Assembly: GCA_012295275.1 (NCBI GenBank)
Contig: CM022670.1
Span: 37,572,001 to 37,636,000 of the forward strand
DNA from: Chrysomallon squamiferum
Lineage: Eukaryota > Animalia > Mollusca
Direction: 5' to 3'
DNA: 64,000 nucleotides
Shown here: positions 58,047-64,000 of the stretch, piece by piece
Layout: the number at the start of each line of letters is the position of its first letter
Position numbering within the stretch: position 1 is the first letter of the stretch
Position numbers and translations under genes: made by a program
Notes under the pieces: model-generated
What the model was told of the DNA's origin: nothing
Database searches by the model: none
What the model saw: the letters and a program-made list of their open reading frames with translations, nothing else

Positions 58047-58158
58047 CTGATGAAAAAGCAGTTAGTTTCTGTTGATGGTTATCAACCAGAAAATACGTTT
58101 ATAATTGATGAAAAAGCAGTCAGATCTGCTGATGGTTATCAACCAGAAAATACGTTTT
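58047..58158. repeat. Tandem duplication, ~59-bp unit x2
   Basis: tgatgaaaaagcagt.ag.t.ctg.tgatggttatcaaccagaaaatacgttt occurs twice. Confidence 0.8.
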
Positions 58159-58959
58159 ATTAGATTTTGTTAATTTTTAATTTTTAATTTTAGATTTTTT
58201 ATACATTTGTTTTAATTTATAAATTTTTTTTTAAAGATTTTGCACGAAAGAAAAGATAAAAGAAGAAGAAAGGAATGAAGTTTTATGGTGCTTAAAACGT
58301 AGTGCCGACAGTGTACGTTATTGTAAAATACTGTATTGACTAGCTAGTTTTATATTTCATTATTATTAATAAATAATTGTTTTGGATGTTGTGTGATGGA
58401 TGTTTTATTTCCGTATTTTTTTGTTTCTCAGTTGTAATACAATGCACTTCAGTGTAAAGAACAATCTTGAGATGTAACAGTTCGTACGATCAATCCTCCT
58501 CATCGCAGTCATTGCTACATTTCCCGTTCCAGCTGGCATCACAGGCCTGGTAAGAAGAATATAAACGATACTTTGCTCCAAATCGATAACAATGGCAGCA
58601 GGTTTCTTATTTTTATTTTACTGCATATGCTCTTTGCATCTAACTGTCGTTAATAATAAAATGAGCTGACAAATGTTCGTTCATTCAGTTACTATGTGTC
58701 TCTCTGGGACGTAATGGTTTTTGTAAATCTAACTGGTTGTTTTCAGTTTCGACCAGAATTTCACTACCGGTGTAACTAAGCAGGTACATCAAAATAAGCA
58801 TTTTGGCCAGTTCGTGAAAATGATCTCTGGAGTGATCGCAATTTGTTCATCGTCTGTCGAAAACCTGTTATTAACGAGTAAATCACTGTTTACATAATAC
58901 ATGGATTTGATACGGCGTGATGAAATAAAGGAAAGGAAATCCAGCGTCATTGCGCGATG

Positions 58960-59085
58960 TATTATTCCTTTTCCACTGTCAGTAAGAGATCGTTTGTATT
59001 ATATTCACCTTCTCAAAGAAGGGAAAGCACATACCACGATTTTATTGTAAAGCAATCGTGAAGCACTGGCTGGAACTGGAAACAG
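58960..59085 (-). mobile_element. SINE-family fragment; related degenerate copies at ~27985-28050 (+) and ~58520-58560 (+)
   Basis: Minus strand reads ttccagttccagccagtgcttcacgattgc...tggtatgtgc, similar to tgttccaaccagtgctccacaatcag...tgtatgt at ~27988. Confidence 0.5.
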
Positions 59086-59267
59086 AGAATCATAAGAATC
59101 TAGTATATAATAATACACAGTACACTCTACCAGTTAGTTCACTGTCAAATGATGTGAATAGATAACTAAATGCTGCAGAAAACCTTAAAGAAGTATATTT
59201 TGCTGTTGTTTAATTACGTCATCGAGATTCGTTGATAAAGGTTAAAAAAAAAATAATTAAAAAAATT

Positions 59268-59376
<109 letters not shown>

Positions 59377-60399
59377 AAGAGAGAAAGAAATAAAAAAAAA
59401 GTTCCGAGTATTAGATGTGGAATAAATACGTAAACGCCAAAACTGGACACATGATTTGAAACTGAAGCAGTCTTTTGAGAAAAACACTGCAGCTATAGTA
59501 CGAAACATTAAAAGCAAAATAACACAACCAAACGAAAAACTGGAAAATTCTACAGAACCAACATTTGTATAAATTAAAAAGCATCATTCGCTTAAAGAGA
59601 AATGACAAGCAGATGTAAATATATTCTGGTACTCTAACTTGGGGCTAGACTAATTTACACTCACGTGCAACACCACTTGATAACACTGCTCACTTAGATA
59701 ATTATTCTGAAATATAACCAGAAAATATTATTTCTGCTACTTCTTCAACATTTTTGTAATAATCTCACTGTTGATAAACAGTCTGCAATAGAATTATTTA
59801 TCTTCAGAAGATTTTAACAATATTAAGACAGCTATTGAAAATGCCGTCTGCTGTAATTTATTCACGCAAATAAAAGAAATCACAGTCCAGGACAAACCCA
59901 CAAAGGATGGTAAATTCATGATAAATTTTAAATTCGCTCGTAGGAATATTTTAATCATAGATCACAATAGGAAACGATTTTATTTCTCTCTCTCTTATGA
60001 AATATGGCGTTGTTAAGACAGCACTGCACACGGCACTATAGATCTGTTGTGAAAGGACATGGGGCGGGGTGGCAGGATAATGAGAGATAAAAATGTCGGT
60101 TTCAATATCTAGGTCTTGAAAGTCGCACGTGCTTTTCTATTTTCAAAATTTAAAAATATATTTTCCAAACATTATAAAATAGTTTTTTTTTTTTTTTTTT
60201 TTTTTTTTTTGTTGAATATTTCATTTCGGGTAAAAAAAAAATTAAAAAAAAAAAAATATATTTTAAATAATATTTTTAAATAATAATAACAACAACAATA
60301 TTAATAACGACTCAGATGATCCATACCTAACAATACCTGAATATAAAAGATTATTCTTTACCATAACTTTTGTATCTACACCTGTTACGTCGTCGGTCA

Positions 60400-60679
60400 C
60401 TGGGGCGTATCCAGCTTTTCTGATGAGGGGGGGAGCGTCCCTGACAAAAAGAGAACCATGACATTATGAAAAGGCACTACTGAAAAATTACACACGGTTC
60501 ACATGGACCATAATATAACAATGCTACAACAGGGATGCTGGCAGACATATTCTACAGTGTTCTATACACTGATAGATTTTAAAAAACTCAATAAATTTGT
60601 AAAACAAAAACAAGAACCTATACATCCTAAATAACAGAGACACTTCTCAAATTGGACCCCCCCTCTAGATCCGCCCCAG
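60400..60679. mobile_element. MITE with GGGGCGGATC-type TIRs, 280 bp
   Basis: ctggggcgtatccag at the left end; ctagatccgccccag at the right end (reverse complement ctggggcggatctag); subterminal G-run and C-run; no clear TSD. Confidence 0.7.
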
Positions 60680-61055
60680 CGTCAATGGTGCAGAAATAAT
60701 ATTTGTGCAGCAGGAATTCAACATTTATCTTTGCAATAAAATTCTTTGAAATAATAATCCTATAACCTACAACGCTGTGAAGTTACGAATGTCCGTGAGA
60801 AAGTGAAAACGTAAATAAACTCAACACAACAACTGTAGTTTTCCAGTCCTAAATTCTAATATACTCATATAATAATTGACAAGTAAAGAATTATTGCTTT
60901 AATAAAGAAGAAGAAGAAGAAGAAGAAGAAGAAAGATTTTATTAAACAATTCTGGTGTCGGTTTTGTTACTTTCTTTTCTTTTTCCTTATTTTTTCTTTT
61001 TTCCTTATTACTATTATTTTTTCATTTTCGTTAAATATTGTTATTGTTATTGTTG

Positions 61056-61116
<61 letters not shown>

Positions 61117-61537
61117 AATTTGTATATATATTTATTATAAAAAAAATTATCTCTCTCTCTCTCTCGCTTTCATGTTTGTTAGTCAATGTATGAAATAAAA
61201 TTAAAAAAAAAAAACAAAACAAAAACAAAAACAGATTCTGATGTAAATGACTGTTTTATGATCCTTCTTCAAAAAGCAGTAAAACAAATTTAGATATTTA
61301 CCAAATTTTAGAAACAGTTGCAGTAATAATAACAATAACAGACGTTACTGGTGCCGTAGCTCGTTCTTGGCATCAGTGCAAGGTTTGGTTTTGGTAGTTT
61401 TTCTAATTGTTGTAGAATTAACAACATCAGAGATAGATTATAGACTGAAAAGAAAAGGCAAAAGTTTCGTTTGTAAAAACAGGCCCGCAGAAGTTGCAAA
61501 CCTGCAGAGGTTGCATTAATTATGTAGTTTTATATTA

Positions 61538-61890
61538 CAGGTTGATAATTCTTTATCCTAAATTAGAAATTTTTTCCGAGCATCAGAAGAGATACTTTTT
61601 AGAGTTTCTGAATAGTTTTGCGTACATAAACTTCATTTTATTTTATTTTTATTTATTTATTTATTTATTTAGTAATAGTAGTAGTAGTAGTAGTAGTAGT
61701 AGTTTTTTTTTTTTTTTTTTGTAGGGTTGTTTTTTTAATTTAGATTTTGTTGTTCTGTATAAGCTATATATATGACAAAAAAATGTAATTCGAATTTAAA
61801 CTTTGAACCTATTCTCAGACTAAACTCCGTATATACCAGAATCCGAAACACTTCCGGTCCCAAGCATTTCGGTTAAAGGATTCTCCCTTG
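61538..61890. mobile_element. Tigger4/MER46-like (pogo) non-autonomous DNA transposon
   Basis: Left end TA-caggttgataattctttatcc; right end aatccgaaacacttccggtcccaagcatttcggttaaaggattctcccttg-TA. Confidence 0.65.
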
Positions 61891-62337
61891 TAGTACGTTT
61901 ACGTTAATAGAATGAAAACGAGGCCTTATACACGTGTAGGATACAAGCCTAAGAACGACAGGTTAATGATTAATGCCTGTATGTTTGTATGTTTGTACAG
62001 GTCACAGTTACACACGCCGTAGCTATGTTAAACAGTGGGAACCAAACCGGCATTCTAATTGTTTGAAAGGTCACAACGGTCGTGAAAAATAGACGAATGT
62101 TGTTAAACGATACACCTGATGAAGATTTCTAAAAGTAGCTAGAAAACATAGGCAGGGCTAATAAAAACAGAAAATATCCACAAATGTTATCGCGTGTGGT
62201 GAAAGTGTCGGCATACCGCGTTTCCTTAAATAGAAAATTAACTTGAACAGTAGTTATCGTGATCAGAGCCAGAGGGAAAGGGGTTAAACAGGTCACATGA
62301 ACTTTTAATCCATTTATAAAAGGTCCCGTGAATGGAG

Positions 62338-62419
<82 letters not shown>

Positions 62420-62528
62420 GTTAAATAACAGCATCATTATCAGGCTTTGAAAAATGAGTGTTGTTATTTGCAGTGTGGAATTTTGATGCGTTTATTTTCT
62501 GGTTTTCTTAAAAATAGTATCTGTTGAT

Positions 62529-62770
62529 ATTATGCTATTCTTCAATACAACACAACAAAAACAAAAACAAAATGGAAATGTCTTTAACAGAGCAACAATA
62601 ACAGTATTTGTTTATAATTATGTTATTCTTCACAACAAAAATCAAAAACAAAATGGAAATGTATTTAACATCGAACAGTAATAGTTTTTGTTTGCAATTA
62701 TGCTATTCTTCAACACAAGACAACAAAAACAAAAACAACATGACAATGCCTTTAACATCGCACAACACAT
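62529..62770. repeat. Minisatellite, ~3 copies of an ~80-88-bp unit
   Basis: attatg.tattcttca...acaacaaaaa.caaaaacaa.atg..aatg..tttaaca repeated three times. Confidence 0.75.
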
Positions 62771-63486
62771 TCAGTTTAGTAAACAATTACTTCAGTCATT
62801 TTTGCTGTATTTGGACCAGTTACCAAAGCATTGCGAATAAAAGAGTACATTACTTCTTTAACCTAACAGCACTTCCAACGCGATATTTTGTTGACCTACA
62901 TTCAAAATTGATAACACATTTCACAACTCTTACTGTCTTTCTTTCTTTTTTCTTTTTTTTTTTTTTTCTATCTCTCATTGATTACCAGTAATAAATGTAA
63001 AATAATTAAAAATAAATAAATAAATATAAGGTCCACAAATTCAGTGAATATTATATTTTTTTATAATGCAGTTTTTCTTGCCTGAAGGGTGTTTCTTATA
63101 TTTTCTTCTTATTTTAATTTATCTGTTCTTTAAACAAAAAATGTAGATGTTTGTAAACCAAAGGAAACTGCACAAGTTAAATTTATAATTACGCTGAATG
63201 TAAATATTATAAACAAACAATAGTTGAAAAAGTTTGAAGCCAAAGCCTCAGTCCAATATGACTTTTTGATACCAGTAACGAAAACTAACTTTCCAGAAAA
63301 TTTTAAACATAATGTAATTAAAATAATCTTTATCAGAAAGTACATTTGATTTATCGTAAATGAATTTGATTCACACGCACGGAAAGCACGCAGACACACA
63401 CAAAATAAGTTTGTGATCTCACTGATAGGGTTATATAAATTGTTCCATTTACAAACAACAAATTAATAAAATAAAATAAAATTAAA

Positions 63487-63530
<44 letters not shown>

Positions 63531-63679
63531 TAATAAATAACATGCAGACAGTAAATCGGGAAGATCGTGTGTGTGTGTGTGTTGAGTACTTGATTATTTT
63601 AATGGTGAATCCATATATTTGTATCTATGATTTTATTTCTACTACTGAATATTTTATTATTAATTATTATTGTTCTGTT

Positions 63680-63931
63680 TTAAATATTGCTGATCGATAT
63701 TGCTTCATAATGATAATCTAAAAAGTAACCCGCTTCCTGCATGACAAAGATTACCGGTGAACTTTCATTAATAACAGCATAGCTGGTTTCTGAACAGCCT
63801 CGATATTGCAGTTTACTGAACGACTGACAGTATTCAGGAACTAATGAGGGTGATGGATATTTAAGGCCAGAACGGACAAACTCCTTTCTGACTAAATCCT
63901 GATGATACAAGACTTGCTTGAATAATATAAA
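63680..63931 (-). other. Coding-like segment; possible P-element/THAP transposase C-terminal remnant or terminal exon of a gene beyond the window
   Basis: 83 open codons after a cag acceptor, higher GC than the flanks, motif RSGLKYPSPSLV...C resembling the GGL..PS..V...C tail of P-element-type transposases. Confidence 0.3.
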
Positions 63932-63947
63932 CTGAATCTTGATTTAA

Positions 63948-64000
<53 letters not shown>

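Overview
Eukaryotic, very AT-rich, microsatellite-dense genomic DNA with GT-AG introns. Gene content and repeat types suggest an invertebrate, most plausibly a mollusc (inference). Four host genes were reconstructed by hand: (1) the 3' part of a C-type-lectin + EGF-like + ZP-module gene (+, 254-6761); (2) EFCAB7 (+, 10456-32132); (3) ORC1 (-, 34113 to ~42507, promoter ~44.9 kb with an E2F site); (4) an intronless gene for the C-terminal Ig-like domains of the KY/hillarin family (+, 48275-48946). The rest is LINE/SINE/MITE debris and simple repeats. The standout is a ~9 kb array inside EFCAB7 (14858-23725) of 15 intact and 4 decayed small exons. All intact copies are 3n long and phase 1-1, and most encode a 19-aa acidic/Ser-Thr/basic unit. 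Fourteen of the 15 are followed by the near-invariant intronic word GTAAGGTGTTCTTCTAAC, which is better conserved than the exons. It places a branch-point/STAR-protein motif 14-18 nt from the donor and reads in frame as S-K-V-F-F-stop. This suggests a splicing-tunable linker-length or truncation cassette that I do not recognise from known EFCAB7 genes. Apparent 1-nt frameshifts in EFCAB7 and ORC1 exons are probably assembly errors, and ORC1 seems to lack an intact BAH domain. All calls come from manual reading; no searches were run.
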